Assembly: GCA_035540715.1 (NCBI GenBank)
Contig: DATLGA010000059.1
Span: 458 to 64,457 of the forward strand
DNA: 64,000 nucleotides
Direction of reading: 5' to 3'
Source: Candidatus Limnocylindrales bacterium
GTDB taxonomy: Bacteria; Chloroflexota; Limnocylindria; QHBO01
The translations under genes were made by a program, and so were the position numbers. Below the pieces are notes generated by a model. It made no database searches. It was not told where the DNA came from and worked only from the letters and a program-made list of their open reading frames with translations. Every line of letters begins with the position of its first letter. Position 1 is the stretch's first letter. Below are positions 43,708 through 54,024 of this stretch, piece by piece.

Positions 43708-45045
43708 GTGAGCCGGCTCGCCCCCGCCGCGTGGTGGCGCGGCCTCGGCGGACTGACCCGTTCGGGCTCGGCGGCGGAGGGCCTCGCGTGGGCCCTCTAC
43801 GACTTCGCGAACACGATCTTCTCCTTCGCGATCGTCAGCTTCGCGATGAGCCTGTGGACGATCAGCTTCCTCGGCGAGGCCGAGGGACAGCGCTGGTTCA
43901 CGATCGCGGTGAGCGTGTCGGTCCTCGTCAACGCGATGGTGAGCCCGGTGCTCGGCGCCATGAGCGACCGGACCGGCCGGCGCAAGCCGTTCCTCGCGTT
44001 CTTCACGGTCCTGACGATCGTGCCGACGGTCCTCATCGGCATGGTGGACATCGGGCTCGGCCTGCTGGCGTTCGCGATCGCCAACTTCGCGTACCAGGCG
44101 GCGCTCATCTACTACGACGCGCTCCTGCCCGACGTCGCGCGCCCGGATCGACGCGGGCGGCTGTCGGGCGTCGGCGTCGCACTGGGGTATACCGGGACGA
44201 TCGTCTCGGGCCTGCTCTTCCGGTTCACGACCGACGCGGATGGCACGAGCACGATCGCCAGCTTCCTGCTCGTCGGATCGATGTTCGCGCTCTTCGCGGC
44301 ACCGCTGTTCTTCCTCGTTCGTGAGCGGCGCCCTGCGGGCGAGCGGTTCCGCGTGACCGACGTCGTGCGCTCGTGGGCGCAGCTGCGGACCACGGTCCGC
44401 CACGCGCGCGAGGTCCCCGGCCTGCTCCGTTTCCTGGTCGGTCGCTTCTTCTACACCGATCCGGTCAATACCGCGATCGTCGTGATGAGCGCCTTTGCGG
44501 TCTTCGCGGTCGGCTTCACGCAGGCCGAGGCTCTGAACATCCTCATCCTGCTCACCGTCGTCGCCGTCATCGCCTCGTTCGGCTGGGGGGTCCTGGTCGA
44601 CCGCATCGGCCCGAAACGGACGCTCGTCGTGGTGCTGTCGACGTGGGCGGCCGGCCTCACGGTGCTCGCCTTCTGGCGGGACCCGGTTCCGTTCCTCGTC
44701 GCCGGAGCGGTCCTCGGCGCGGGCCTGGGCGGTGTGGGCGTCACGGATCGGCTGCTCCTGCTGAGGATGGCGCCCGCGGCGCGGATCGGTGAGATGCTCG
44801 GCCTCTACGGGCTGGTCGGAAAGCTGAGTGCGGTGATCGGCCCGTTCGTGTACGGTCAGATCGTGGCTGCGCTGCTACCGGATCCGATCGCCTACACCGT
44901 CGCCATCCTGAGCCTGCTCGTGCTGCTCGCCATCGGCTTCTGGCTCATCCTCGGGGTGCCGGACCCGGGCACGTCGGTGGCGGAGGAGGACACGGCGATC
45001 GTGCCGCCCCCGGCGATCGTGCCGCCCGGGGAGCAGGCGCGATGA
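43708..45045 (+). CDS. MFS transporter (UMF1/Atg22-like subfamily)
   Basis: Contains WALYDFANTIFSFAIVSFAM and SDRTGRRKPF, with about 12 hydrophobic segments. GTG start. Confidence 0.85.
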   Translation: MSRLAPAAWWRGLGGLTRSGSAAEGLAWALYDFANTIFSFAIVSFAMSLWTISFLGEAEGQRWFTIAVSVSVLVNAMVSPVLGAMSDRTGRRKPFLAFFTVLTIVPTVLIGMVDIGLGLLAFAIANFAYQAALIYYDALLPDVARPDRRGRLSGVGVALGYTGTIVSGLLFRFTTDADGTSTIASFLLVGSMFALFAAPLFFLVRERRPAGERFRVTDVVRSWAQLRTTVRHAREVPGLLRFLVGRFFYTDPVNTAIVVMSAFAVFAVGFTQAEALNILILLTVVAVIASFGWGVLVDRIGPKRTLVVVLSTWAAGLTVLAFWRDPVPFLVAGAVLGAGLGGVGVTDRLLLLRMAPAARIGEMLGLYGLVGKLSAVIGPFVYGQIVAALLPDPIAYTVAILSLLVLLAIGFWLILGVPDPGTSVAEEDTAIVPPPAIVPPGEQAR

Positions 45046-45791
45046 CGGTCATCGTCGCGCACCGCGGCGCATCGGCTCAGGCGCCGGAGAACACGATGGA
45101 GGCGTTCCGTCTCGGCGTCGAGGCGGGGGCCGATGCGATCGAGCTCGACGTCCATCTCACCGCGGACGGCCAGCTGGCCGTCATCCACGACGACACGCTC
45201 GACCGCACGACGGACCGCACGGGCGCCATCCGTGACCTCACCATGGACGAGATCCGCCAGGCCGATGCCGGGGCGCGCTTCAGCCGCGGCGACGACTCGG
45301 GCCACCCGTTCCGCGGCCGTGGGCTGCGGGTGCCGACGCTGGCCGAGGTGCTCGAGTGGCTGCCGGACGGCGTCGGGCTCGTGATCGAGATCAAGGCCCG
45401 CGCGGCCGCGGAGGCCGTCGTCGAGGCGCTGCGCGACCACCCCGTTCGAGCCGACGGCCGCCTGGCGGTCATCAGCTTCGACGAGGCGGCGATCGAGCGG
45501 GTGCGCGAGCTCGACCCGGAGATCCGGACCGGCTACCTGCTCGTGCCGACCCAACCGATCGAGCCGGCCCTGGTGTGGGCGACCGAGCACGGGCACGCCG
45601 GGGTCCACCCGTACGAGGCCGATCTCGGCATGGACCCGCTGCCGCTCCTCGCACAGGCACACGCCTACGGCCGCGAGGTCGGCTGCTACGTGGTCAACGA
45701 CCCGGAGCGCATGAAGCACCTCGCCGCGTGCGGGGTCTGGGGCTTCGTCACCGACGTCCCGGACGTCGCGCGGGACGCCCTGCCTCGCTGA
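45042..45791 (+). CDS. Glycerophosphodiester phosphodiesterase (cytoplasmic UgpQ-like)
   Basis: Contains VAHRGAS..APENT, ELDVHLT.DG..V.HD..LDRTT and EIK. ATGA overlap with the MFS gene. No signal peptide. Confidence 0.9.
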   Translation: MTVIVAHRGASAQAPENTMEAFRLGVEAGADAIELDVHLTADGQLAVIHDDTLDRTTDRTGAIRDLTMDEIRQADAGARFSRGDDSGHPFRGRGLRVPTLAEVLEWLPDGVGLVIEIKARAAAEAVVEALRDHPVRADGRLAVISFDEAAIERVRELDPEIRTGYLLVPTQPIEPALVWATEHGHAGVHPYEADLGMDPLPLLAQAHAYGREVGCYVVNDPERMKHLAACGVWGFVTDVPDVARDALPR

Positions 45792-45798
45792 CCCGACG

Positions 45799-46206
45799 CT
45801 AGATCGAGGCGCCGCTCAGGTTCGCCAGCTCGCCGAGAGCCTCGCGCGCGGCGATCGCGTCGTCCACCCCGAAGGCGATGGTGACCTTCGAGCCGAGCAT
45901 GCTCGTGGTCATGGCCGCCTCGATGTTGACGCCCCGGTCGGCAAGCCTGCGGGCCGCGTCCGCGAGCGCTCCGGGCCGGTCCTCGAGGCCGGCCGCCACG
46001 AGCTCGACCTCGCGGTACTTCGCCTCGCGCTCCTCGAGGAGCCGTCGAGTCGCCGAGTCGTTGTTCGTGATGAGCCCCACCGCGCCCTCCGCGTCCCAGG
46101 TCATCCCGGCAACGCCGACGACGTTGATGCCCTCGGCTCCGATCGCCTCGCACACGTCGGCCATGCTGCCAGGGCGGTTCTCGAGCTCGACGATGAATGC
46201 GCGCAT
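45799..46206 (-). CDS. Tandem ACT-domain protein
   Basis: 135 aa with two ACT-like beta-alpha-beta-beta-alpha-beta units (FIVELENRPGSMADVCEAIG... and VAAGLEDRPGALADAARRLA...). The ORF-track start was trimmed to ATG 46206. Confidence 0.75.
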   Translation of the reverse strand: MRAFIVELENRPGSMADVCEAIGAEGINVVGVAGMTWDAEGAVGLITNNDSATRRLLEEREAKYREVELVAAGLEDRPGALADAARRLADRGVNIEAAMTTSMLGSKVTIAFGVDDAIAAREALGELANLSGASI

Positions 46207-46346
46207 GCGCCACCTCCGTTCGCCACGCGGCCGGGCGGAAGTCCGGTGCGTCGCTGCCCGGCTCGCGGGATCTGGGTAGAGTCTACGCCGGGTGTCACGC
46301 TTTCCCATGAGCTTGCCGTCGCCATGACCGATCTCGCGCCAAGGAC

Positions 46347-47237
46347 ATGACCTACAGCATCGTCGCTCGTGACCCCTCGAGCGGAGCACTGGGCGTCGCC
46401 GTCCAGTCGCACTTCTTCGGGGTGGGGCCCGTGGTGCCGTGGCTCGACCCCGGGGTCGGGGCCATTGCGACTCAGGCAACCGTGAACGTCGGGTTCGGTC
46501 GCCACGGCCTGGATCTGCTCCGGGCCGGAGTGGCGGCGGAGGAGGCGATCGCTCGTCTGATCGCGGAGGACGGCGACGCGCACCTGCGGCAGCTGGCCAT
46601 CGTCGACGCGACCGGCAGGGTCGCCGCGCACACCGGGGCCGGCTGCATCCGGGACGCCGGCCACCGGATCGGTGCCACGTACAGCGTCCAGGGCAACCTC
46701 CTTCGCTCGTCCGATGTCTGGCCCGCCATGGCAGAGGCGTTCGAGAGCACCCTCGGCGCGCCGCTCTGGGAGCGTCTGCTGGCGGCGCTCGATGCCGGTG
46801 AGCGGGCCGGTGGTGACGTGCGAGGCCGGCAGAGTGCCGCCCTCGTCGTCGTCTCCGGAACGCAGTCGGAAGCTCCCTGGGACGAGGTGCTCATGGACGT
46901 GCGCGTCGACGATCACGAGGACCCCCTCGGGGAGCTTCGGCGCCTGGCACGCATGCGCGAGGCCTACCGGTTGATGGGCGAGGTCGAGGGACCATCGGAC
47001 AGCAGGCCCGTCGCCGAGCGATACGCGCTGGCGCGCAGCCTCTCGCCCGAGGCGGTCGAGCTCGTCTTCTGGCGCGCCATCGAGCTCGCACGCAGCGGCG
47101 ACCTCGGCGCTGGACGACGCGAGATGTCGATCGCCTTCGCGGCCGACCCGACGTGGCGGGAAGCCCTGCGACGGGTTGCAGAGGCCGGCCTGTGCGGGGA
47201 CGACCCGACGGTCGTCGATCGGCTGCTGGAGATTTGA
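46347..47237 (+). CDS. DUF1028-family (Ntn-hydrolase-like) protein
   Basis: The N-terminus MTYSIVARDP..GALGVAVQS is the characteristic DUF1028 start, with Thr/Ser at position 2-4. Confidence 0.8.
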   Translation: MTYSIVARDPSSGALGVAVQSHFFGVGPVVPWLDPGVGAIATQATVNVGFGRHGLDLLRAGVAAEEAIARLIAEDGDAHLRQLAIVDATGRVAAHTGAGCIRDAGHRIGATYSVQGNLLRSSDVWPAMAEAFESTLGAPLWERLLAALDAGERAGGDVRGRQSAALVVVSGTQSEAPWDEVLMDVRVDDHEDPLGELRRLARMREAYRLMGEVEGPSDSRPVAERYALARSLSPEAVELVFWRAIELARSGDLGAGRREMSIAFAADPTWREALRRVAEAGLCGDDPTVVDRLLEI

Positions 47238-47253
47238 CCTACGCCGCGCGGGC

Positions 47254-48804
47254 TCAGCGGCGCTTGGTGAGAATGCCGATCACCGAGCGCAGGATCGTGT
47301 TGAACGTGCCGGAGCGGGCGAAGCGGGCGCCTTCCTGGGCCCAGTCGATTCGGCGTTTGCGCTCGGGCGCGCGCGTCGGCCGCATCGCCCGCTCCTCGGG
47401 CGTCTCGGGATCCCGCACGCCGTCCATCGGTTCCTTCGCCGCTTCGGTCGCCTGCTTCATCCGAGCGGCGAGCAGCTCCTTGGCGGACTCCGGGTCGGTG
47501 TCGGTCGCATAGGTGGCGGCGAGCGGCGACGCGGCGACGACCGAAGCGAACACCGACGGCTCCACCTGGGCCATGAGCGACATCGGCGGACGCATCATCG
47601 TCCGGGCGGTCGGCATCGGCCGCCCCTTGAGGTCGAGCGCGGTGACGAGCGCCTCGCCGGTGCCGAGGTTCGTGAGCTCGTGCTGGACGTCGTAGAGGTC
47701 CGAGCGCGGGAACGTCGCCGCCGTGGCACGCACCACCTTGAGATCGTCGGGCGTGAACGCCCGCAGCGCGTGCTGGACACGGTTGCCGAGCTGCCCGAGG
47801 ACCTCGGACGGGACGTCGGCCGGGGAGTGCGTGACGAAGAACACCCCGACGCCCTTCGAGCGGATGAGCCGCGCGACGAGCTCGATCTGCGAGCGGAACG
47901 TCTTGTTCGCGTCGCGGAACAGGAGGTGCGCCTCGTCGAAGAAGAAGACGAGCTTCGGTTTGTCCGGGTCGCCGATCTCGGGCAGTGACTCGTACAGCGA
48001 GGCGAGCAGCCACATCATGAACGTGCTGAACAGCGCCGGGCGGTCCTGCATCTCCGCCAGCTCGAGGACGCTGACGATCCCGCGGCCGTCCTCCGTCGTG
48101 CGCAGGAAGTCGGCGACCTCGAACTCTGGCGAGCCGAAGAAGGCGTCGGCCTGCTGCTGCTCGAGCTCGACGATCTTGCGCACGATCACCCCGACGGTCG
48201 CCGTGGCGACGCCGCCGTACTCGGCCATCTTCGCCTTGCCCTCGTCGGACGACAGGTGGTTGAGCAGCGCGCGAAGGTCCTCGAGGTTGATGAGCGGCAG
48301 CTGATGGTCGTCGGAGTACTTGAACGCGAGCGCGAGCACCGACTGCTGCGTCTCGTTCAGGTCGAGAACCTTGGCCAGCAGGATCGGTCCGAAGCTCGAG
48401 ACCGATGCCCGCAGCCGGACGCCTGTTCGCTTGCGATCGAGCGTGAAGAACTCCACGGGAAAGGCGCGCGGCGCGTAGTCGACGAACCCGACCGCCTGGG
48501 CCCGGGCCGTGAGCTTGTCGTTCGCCTCGGCCGGCGCCGCGAGGCCGCTGATGTCGCCCTTGATGTCGCTGATGAACACCGGGACGCCGGCGTCGGAGAG
48601 CTGCTCGGCAAGCACCTGGAGCGTCTTCGTCTTGCCGGTGCCGGTCGCGCCGGCAACGAGCCCGTGTCGGTTGAGCATCGAGAGCGGTACGCGGATCGGC
48701 GCCTCGGGGAGCGCCGTCTCGCCCGCCATCCCCGCGCCGAAGGTCACGGCGGGACCCTCGAAGCCATAGCCGGTGGCCAGGGCCGTCTCGATCTCGGTGC
48801 TCAT
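47254..48804 (-). CDS. DUF853 / YjgR-like HerA-FtsK-type P-loop NTPase
   Basis: Walker A GATGTGKTK, Walker B-like LVFFFDEAHLLF. The ~516-aa length and basic C-terminal tail are typical of DUF853. Confidence 0.85.
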   Translation of the reverse strand: MSTEIETALATGYGFEGPAVTFGAGMAGETALPEAPIRVPLSMLNRHGLVAGATGTGKTKTLQVLAEQLSDAGVPVFISDIKGDISGLAAPAEANDKLTARAQAVGFVDYAPRAFPVEFFTLDRKRTGVRLRASVSSFGPILLAKVLDLNETQQSVLALAFKYSDDHQLPLINLEDLRALLNHLSSDEGKAKMAEYGGVATATVGVIVRKIVELEQQQADAFFGSPEFEVADFLRTTEDGRGIVSVLELAEMQDRPALFSTFMMWLLASLYESLPEIGDPDKPKLVFFFDEAHLLFRDANKTFRSQIELVARLIRSKGVGVFFVTHSPADVPSEVLGQLGNRVQHALRAFTPDDLKVVRATAATFPRSDLYDVQHELTNLGTGEALVTALDLKGRPMPTARTMMRPPMSLMAQVEPSVFASVVAASPLAATYATDTDPESAKELLAARMKQATEAAKEPMDGVRDPETPEERAMRPTRAPERKRRIDWAQEGARFARSGTFNTILRSVIGILTKRR

Positions 48805-48814
48805 CGTGGCGAGT

Positions 48815-50959
48815 CTATCGGTCCCGGGCTCGGCCGCGCTTCGGATCGATTCGCGGCATCCGCGTCTTGCTCTCGAGGAGGAAGTGGCGGAACCACTCGT
48901 CGATGAGCCGCAGGTTGTCGACCCGCCGGTACGGGGTGCCGGAGCGCGTCAGCTCGTGCGACTCGTCGGGCACCCGCATGAGCCGCACCGTCCGCCGCAG
49001 CGAGCGAAGCACGGCGAAGAGCTCCTCCGCCTGTGTGATCGTGCAGCGCAGGTCCTGCTCCGCGTGCTGGATGAGGAGCGGCGTCGTGATTTTCTCGGCA
49101 TGGGTCAGCGGCGAGTGGCGGCGGTACAGGTCCCAGTCCTCCCAGGGCTGGACGCCGTATTCGTACAGCCCGAACGTCGGCCCACCGATATCGCCGGAGA
49201 GCATCTGGCTGACCATGTCGTTCACGCTGCGGCACGTCACCGCCGCCTTGAACCGATCGGTGTGCCCGACGATCCACGAAGTGAGGTAGCCGCCGTAGGA
49301 GCCGCCGGTGACTCCCATCCGGTCCGGATCGACCAGCCCCTCGGCGACAAGCGAATCCAGGCCGCCCATGACGTCCCGCATCGGCCCGTCGCCCCAGTCG
49401 GCGACGTTGGCGGTCAGGAAGGCCTGCCCGTACCCCTGGGAGCCTCGAGGGTTGCAGGCGTAGACGCTCATGCCGTTCGCCGCCATGATCTGCCATTCCC
49501 ACATGAGCGACCAGCCGTAGAGGCTCGCCGGACCGCCGTGGATCTGCAGCACGACCGGCGCGGCCGTGCGCTTGGCGGTTCGCGGCGCCGGATAGAACCA
49601 GCCCTGGATCCGGCGACCGTCCACCTCGTGCCAGCGTTCCTCGGGCTCGACCAGGTCGATGCCGCCCCACGCCTCCCCCATGAGGTCGCTGACACGCCGC
49701 AGCTCGACCGGCGTCGCCCCGAGCCGCCCTGCCGGGAGGTCGCCGACGACGACGTCCGGCGGCTCGGTGGCACTCGTGCGGACGGCCGCGATCCGGGCAC
49801 CGCCGCGTGGCAGCGGGACCAGGTGCTGGCGGCCGAGCGCGTGCCGGTCCCGTGTCAGCCGCTCGACGCGCCGATCCTCGGCGCTGACGCGCCACAGCTC
49901 CACGCTGCCGTCGACGGCGGCCGCGAAGACGACCCAGCGGCCGTCGGTCATCCAGTGCACAAGCGGCGGAGCGCCGCCGAAGAGGTCGCTGTTCATTCCG
50001 GAGGCCGCGTCGAGATCGGCGCCCTCCAGCAGGTGCTCGTCGCGACCATCGCGCAGGCGGAAGCGCCAGACCGACGCCTGGTCGAGGACTCCCTTCGTCC
50101 AGTCGCGAATCCCGATCGCCGCCACCCACCGGCCGTCCGGCGACCAGGCCGGAGAGCCCCACGACTGACGCCCGCCGCCGGTCGACAGCTGCCGCACGCC
50201 GCCGTCGCCGACCTCCACGACATAGATGTCCGATCGCCAGCCGAGATCGGGGTTGCGATGCCGGTCCGAGACGAAGGCAATGCGCCGGCCATCGGGCGCC
50301 CACCGCGGGTCACGATCGTGGTGGTCGCCGCGGGTGAGCAGCTCGACCTCCCCGGTTTCGGCGTCCACCAGCCAGAGCCGCGAGAATCGGTCGTGAACGA
50401 AGCCGGCGCCGTTGAACTGGTAGGCCAGCGTGTCGATGAGGCGGGTATCGGGCTCCGGGGGGTCCTCCGGCCGGCGTTCGGCCTTCTTTTCCGGCCCGGC
50501 CGAAGCCGCGCCACTCACGATGACGAGGCGGCGGCCGTCCGGTGACCAGTCGAGCCCCTCGACGTCCTTCGGGAGGTCGGTCAGCTGGCGAGCCTCCCCG
50601 CCGTCGGCGAAGGGCAGGACCCAGAGCTGGGTGCCGCCCTCCTCCGGGGCCTCGGCCTTGCCGGGCTTCGCGCCGCCGCCACCGGCCTGGAGCACCGCCC
50701 CACGGTCGGACAGGAAGGCGAGGCTCCGGCCGTCGGGGCTCCAGCGCGGCGCGGTGTCGGCCTTCGAGCCGGCGGTGAGCTGCCGAGCCGGCGCGCTGCC
50801 ATCGGCCGGCGCGATCCAGAGCGCCGTCCGATAGCCATCCTTCCCGGGGGCCACGGCCTTGACCGTGAAGGCCACGAACCGACCATCCGGCGACAGCGCG
50901 GTCTCGGTCGGAACGCGAAGGTCGTACAGGTCCTCGGGGCGCGGGGCGCGTGCTGCCAT
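48815..50959 (-). CDS. S9-family serine peptidase (acylaminoacyl-peptidase / prolyl oligopeptidase type)
   Basis: N-terminal beta-propeller repeats (SPDG..VAF, WSPDGR). The C-terminal catalytic domain has GGSYGG (Ser) and a D/H region (QHAEQDLRC ... PDESHEL). Confidence 0.88.
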   Translation of the reverse strand: MAARAPRPEDLYDLRVPTETALSPDGRFVAFTVKAVAPGKDGYRTALWIAPADGSAPARQLTAGSKADTAPRWSPDGRSLAFLSDRGAVLQAGGGGAKPGKAEAPEEGGTQLWVLPFADGGEARQLTDLPKDVEGLDWSPDGRRLVIVSGAASAGPEKKAERRPEDPPEPDTRLIDTLAYQFNGAGFVHDRFSRLWLVDAETGEVELLTRGDHHDRDPRWAPDGRRIAFVSDRHRNPDLGWRSDIYVVEVGDGGVRQLSTGGGRQSWGSPAWSPDGRWVAAIGIRDWTKGVLDQASVWRFRLRDGRDEHLLEGADLDAASGMNSDLFGGAPPLVHWMTDGRWVVFAAAVDGSVELWRVSAEDRRVERLTRDRHALGRQHLVPLPRGGARIAAVRTSATEPPDVVVGDLPAGRLGATPVELRRVSDLMGEAWGGIDLVEPEERWHEVDGRRIQGWFYPAPRTAKRTAAPVVLQIHGGPASLYGWSLMWEWQIMAANGMSVYACNPRGSQGYGQAFLTANVADWGDGPMRDVMGGLDSLVAEGLVDPDRMGVTGGSYGGYLTSWIVGHTDRFKAAVTCRSVNDMVSQMLSGDIGGPTFGLYEYGVQPWEDWDLYRRHSPLTHAEKITTPLLIQHAEQDLRCTITQAEELFAVLRSLRRTVRLMRVPDESHELTRSGTPYRRVDNLRLIDEWFRHFLLESKTRMPRIDPKRGRARDR

Positions 50960-51019
50960 CGACGTTCTCGCTGCGGCTGAGCGGCCCAGTGTAGGCGAGG
51001 GGCGCCGGCGAGCGGATGC

Positions 51020-52024
51020 CTACCAGTTCGTGGCGGTCGCGGCCTCGATCTCGCCGACCGATGCCAGCCATCGCTCGGCGTCGATGGCGGCCCTGCAGCC
51101 GTCGCCGGCGGCGGTGACGGCCTGGCGGTAGTGGCTGTCGTGAACGTCACCGGCCACGAAGACGCCGTCGATCCCCGATCCGGTCTCGCCGACGACCTCG
51201 AGGTAGCCGCCCTTGCCGACGCGCAGCTGTCCCGCGAACAGATCGGTGTTCGGCTTGTAGCCGATGGCGACGAACAGGCCCTGGACCGGCAGCTCGCTCA
51301 TCTCGCCGGTCTTCGTGTCCCGCAAGGTGAGCGCGTTGACGGTCATCTCGCCCTTCACCTCGGCGACCTCCTTGTTCCAGAGGACGTCGATCTTGTCGTC
51401 ACGGAGCGCGCGATCCTGCATGATCTTGCTGCCTCGGAACTCGTCGCGGCGGACGAGCATGGTGACCTTCTTCGCGAAGCGGGTCAGGAAGGTCGCCTCC
51501 TCGAGGGCCGTGTCACCGCCGCCGACGACGGCGATCTCCCGGTCGCGGAAGAAGAAGCCGTCACACGTGGCGCACGCGCTCACGCCACGGCCGCGGAACT
51601 CCTCCTCCGACGGCAATCCGAGCCACAGCGCCGATGCGCCGGTCGCCACGATGACGGCATCGGCGCGGTAGAGCTCCTCCCCGACCCAGATGCGAAACGG
51701 CCGCTCGCCGAAGTCCACCTTCGTGGCGTCCTTCTCGATGATCGTGGTGCCGAAGCGCTCGGCCTGCTTCCGGAACTGCTGCATCAGCTCGGGCCCCTGT
51801 ACGCCGTCGGGGAACCCCGGGTAGTTCTCGACGTCGGACGTGATCATGAGCTGGCCCATCGGCGTGTTGCCCGCGATGACGAGGGGCTCGAGGTTCGCGC
51901 GCCCGGCATAGATGGCCGCGGTCAGGCCCGCCGGCCCGGAGCCGATGATGACGATCTTGTGATGTCGAGTGTCGGTCCGATCGTCGTCGGGAGCCCCCGT
52001 GGAGGGCGGAACGGTGGCGGTCAT
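51020..52024 (-). CDS. trxB: Thioredoxin-disulfide reductase
   Basis: FAD motif IIGSGPAGLTAAIYA, redox-active CATCDG, NADPH motif VVGGGDTALEEA, and GVFVAGDV. Start ATG 52024; the ORF-track extension is rejected. Confidence 0.93.
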   Translation of the reverse strand: MTATVPPSTGAPDDDRTDTRHHKIVIIGSGPAGLTAAIYAGRANLEPLVIAGNTPMGQLMITSDVENYPGFPDGVQGPELMQQFRKQAERFGTTIIEKDATKVDFGERPFRIWVGEELYRADAVIVATGASALWLGLPSEEEFRGRGVSACATCDGFFFRDREIAVVGGGDTALEEATFLTRFAKKVTMLVRRDEFRGSKIMQDRALRDDKIDVLWNKEVAEVKGEMTVNALTLRDTKTGEMSELPVQGLFVAIGYKPNTDLFAGQLRVGKGGYLEVVGETGSGIDGVFVAGDVHDSHYRQAVTAAGDGCRAAIDAERWLASVGEIEAATATNW

Positions 52025-52111
52025 CGTGGGCGCAAGTGTACTCCGCGAGCCGCCGGCATTGCCGGATCGCGTCGGGGCCACGAACATGCACGTACCAGCC
52101 CGGTGACCGCC

Positions 52112-52858
52112 ATGCATGACGACCCCACACCGATCCCGAGCCCGACGCGAGCCGCGGCCGGATGGCTGCCGCTCGCCGTTCGCAGCACCGAACCGGAGCT
52201 GCTCGACGCGGGCGACGTGCCGCCGGCCGAGCTGCGACGCAACCTCGCCGACCTCGCACGCCTCAACCGGCTGCCCGGCGGCACGCGGACGAGCGTGACG
52301 GCGATCGCAGCGGCCGCGGGGGGCGACCGCCGCGGGCTTCGCGTGCTCGACGTCGGCACCGGGGCGGGCGACATGCCGCTCGCCTTCGCCGACCGCGGCT
52401 GGAGCGTCGTCGGCGTCGAGCCGGATGCCGCGGTAGCGGCCGTCGCACGCGAGACGACGGCCCCGAGCCGGGACGTGACGATCGTCGAGGCCGACGGCCG
52501 CGCGCTGCCGTACGAGGACGGCAGCTTCGACGTGGCCCATGCATCGCTGCTGCTCCACCACCTCGATCCATCCGTGGCGGTCAGCGTCCTGCGCGAGATG
52601 GGGCGAGTCGCTCGCTGCGGCGTCGTGATCAACGACCTGCGTCGCGGCATCCTGCCGCTCCTGGCCACCGGCGTCGCGGTGGCGATCCTCGGCCGCTGCC
52701 GCACGACCCGCCACGACGGGCTGCTCTCCGTGCGACGCGCGTACCGGCTCGACGAGCTCGACGAGCTGCTGGTCGAGGCGGGCCTCCAGGTGCGCGGCCG
52801 GACGGCCCCGTGGATGCCACGGATCGTGACCATCGCCGCATTCCGGACCGACCGATGA
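52112..52858 (+). CDS. Class I SAM-dependent methyltransferase
   Basis: Motif I VLDVGTGAGDM and a post-I acidic residue, with motif II/III regions (FDVAHASLLLHH). Only the last 248 codons of ORF 51131..52858 are coding. Confidence 0.8.
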   Translation: MHDDPTPIPSPTRAAAGWLPLAVRSTEPELLDAGDVPPAELRRNLADLARLNRLPGGTRTSVTAIAAAAGGDRRGLRVLDVGTGAGDMPLAFADRGWSVVGVEPDAAVAAVARETTAPSRDVTIVEADGRALPYEDGSFDVAHASLLLHHLDPSVAVSVLREMGRVARCGVVINDLRRGILPLLATGVAVAILGRCRTTRHDGLLSVRRAYRLDELDELLVEAGLQVRGRTAPWMPRIVTIAAFRTDR

Positions 52859-54024
52859 CGCGGTTCGACGTCGTGATCGCGGGCGCAGGCCCGGCGGGTG
52901 CTGCGCTGGCTGCGCGGCTGGCACAGGCCGGCGCATCGGTCCTGGCCGTGGAGGCCAGCCGCCATCCCCGGCCGAAGGCATGCGCCGAGTACGCCAGCCC
53001 GCGCATCGTCGAGGAGCTGGGCCGGATCGGCATGTCGCCGTCGTCCTGGCGTGCGAGCGCGGTGCCCCTGGACGGGATGGAGCTCCACGCCGCCCACCAC
53101 GCCGTCCGCATCGGCTACGCGGATCGTGAGCGGCTCCGAACGGCCTGGGGTCTCGACCGCCGGGCGTTCGATGCGTGCCTGGCCGCGAAGGCGGTCGAGT
53201 CCGGCGCGATCCTGCGCGACGCGACGCGGGTCGTGGACCTGGTCAGCAGCGGCGGTCGCGTGACGGGCGCGGTCCTGCGCGACGGCTCGGGCGGCACGAC
53301 GACGGTCGAGGCGGGCTGGGTGGTGGGCGCCGATGGAGCTCGATCGGTCGTGGCGCGGCGCGTCGGCGTCGAGGCCCGCGTCCGGTTCCCGAGACGGCTG
53401 GGCCTCGTGGCCCACTACGCGGGCGCGGACGGGCCGGTGACGCACGGCGAGATGCATGCGGCCAACGGCTGGTACGTCGGCCTGGCGCCGACCCCGGGCG
53501 GCGAGCTGAACGTCGGGATGGCGCTCCCCATCGACGGCGTGGGGCCCGCGGCGGCTCGATTCGAGGAGGCGCTCCGGGCACTGCCGCGCGTCGCAGCTCG
53601 CCTCGCCGGTGCGCGGCGCGTGAGCCCGATTCGAGGCGCAGCGCCGATCGGCCACCGGGTGCGCCGGGCTGCCGGACCGGGCTGGCTGCTCGTCGGCGAC
53701 GCGGCCGGCTTCGTGGATCCGTTCACCGGCGAGGGCATCTACCGCGCGCTTCGGTCGTCGCGGGCGGCCGCGGACGCCATCCTCGCCGGCCGGGGCGTGG
53801 AGGATGCATACCTCGCCGCCCGGCGGCGTGCGTTCGCGGCGAAGTCGGCGCTGAGCTGGGTCGTGCAGGCGTTCCTCGCGACCCCGGGCCTCCTCGAGCA
53901 CGCCGTTGCCCGGCTGGAGCGGCGGCCGGCCGCGGCGCTGCGACTCGGCTCGGCGCTCGGCGACTGTCGCCCCGCAACGAGCGCGCTGTCGCCGCGGGCG
54001 GTCCTCGAGGTGCTCGCCCCGTGA
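52855..54024 (+). CDS. FAD-dependent oxidoreductase, geranylgeranyl-reductase family
   Basis: Contains FDVVIAGAGPAGAALAARLAQAG (GxGxxG), GADGARS and LVGDAAGFVDPFTGEGI. ATGA overlap with the methyltransferase gene. Confidence 0.85.
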   Translation: MTRFDVVIAGAGPAGAALAARLAQAGASVLAVEASRHPRPKACAEYASPRIVEELGRIGMSPSSWRASAVPLDGMELHAAHHAVRIGYADRERLRTAWGLDRRAFDACLAAKAVESGAILRDATRVVDLVSSGGRVTGAVLRDGSGGTTTVEAGWVVGADGARSVVARRVGVEARVRFPRRLGLVAHYAGADGPVTHGEMHAANGWYVGLAPTPGGELNVGMALPIDGVGPAAARFEEALRALPRVAARLAGARRVSPIRGAAPIGHRVRRAAGPGWLLVGDAAGFVDPFTGEGIYRALRSSRAAADAILAGRGVEDAYLAARRRAFAAKSALSWVVQAFLATPGLLEHAVARLERRPAAALRLGSALGDCRPATSALSPRAVLEVLAP

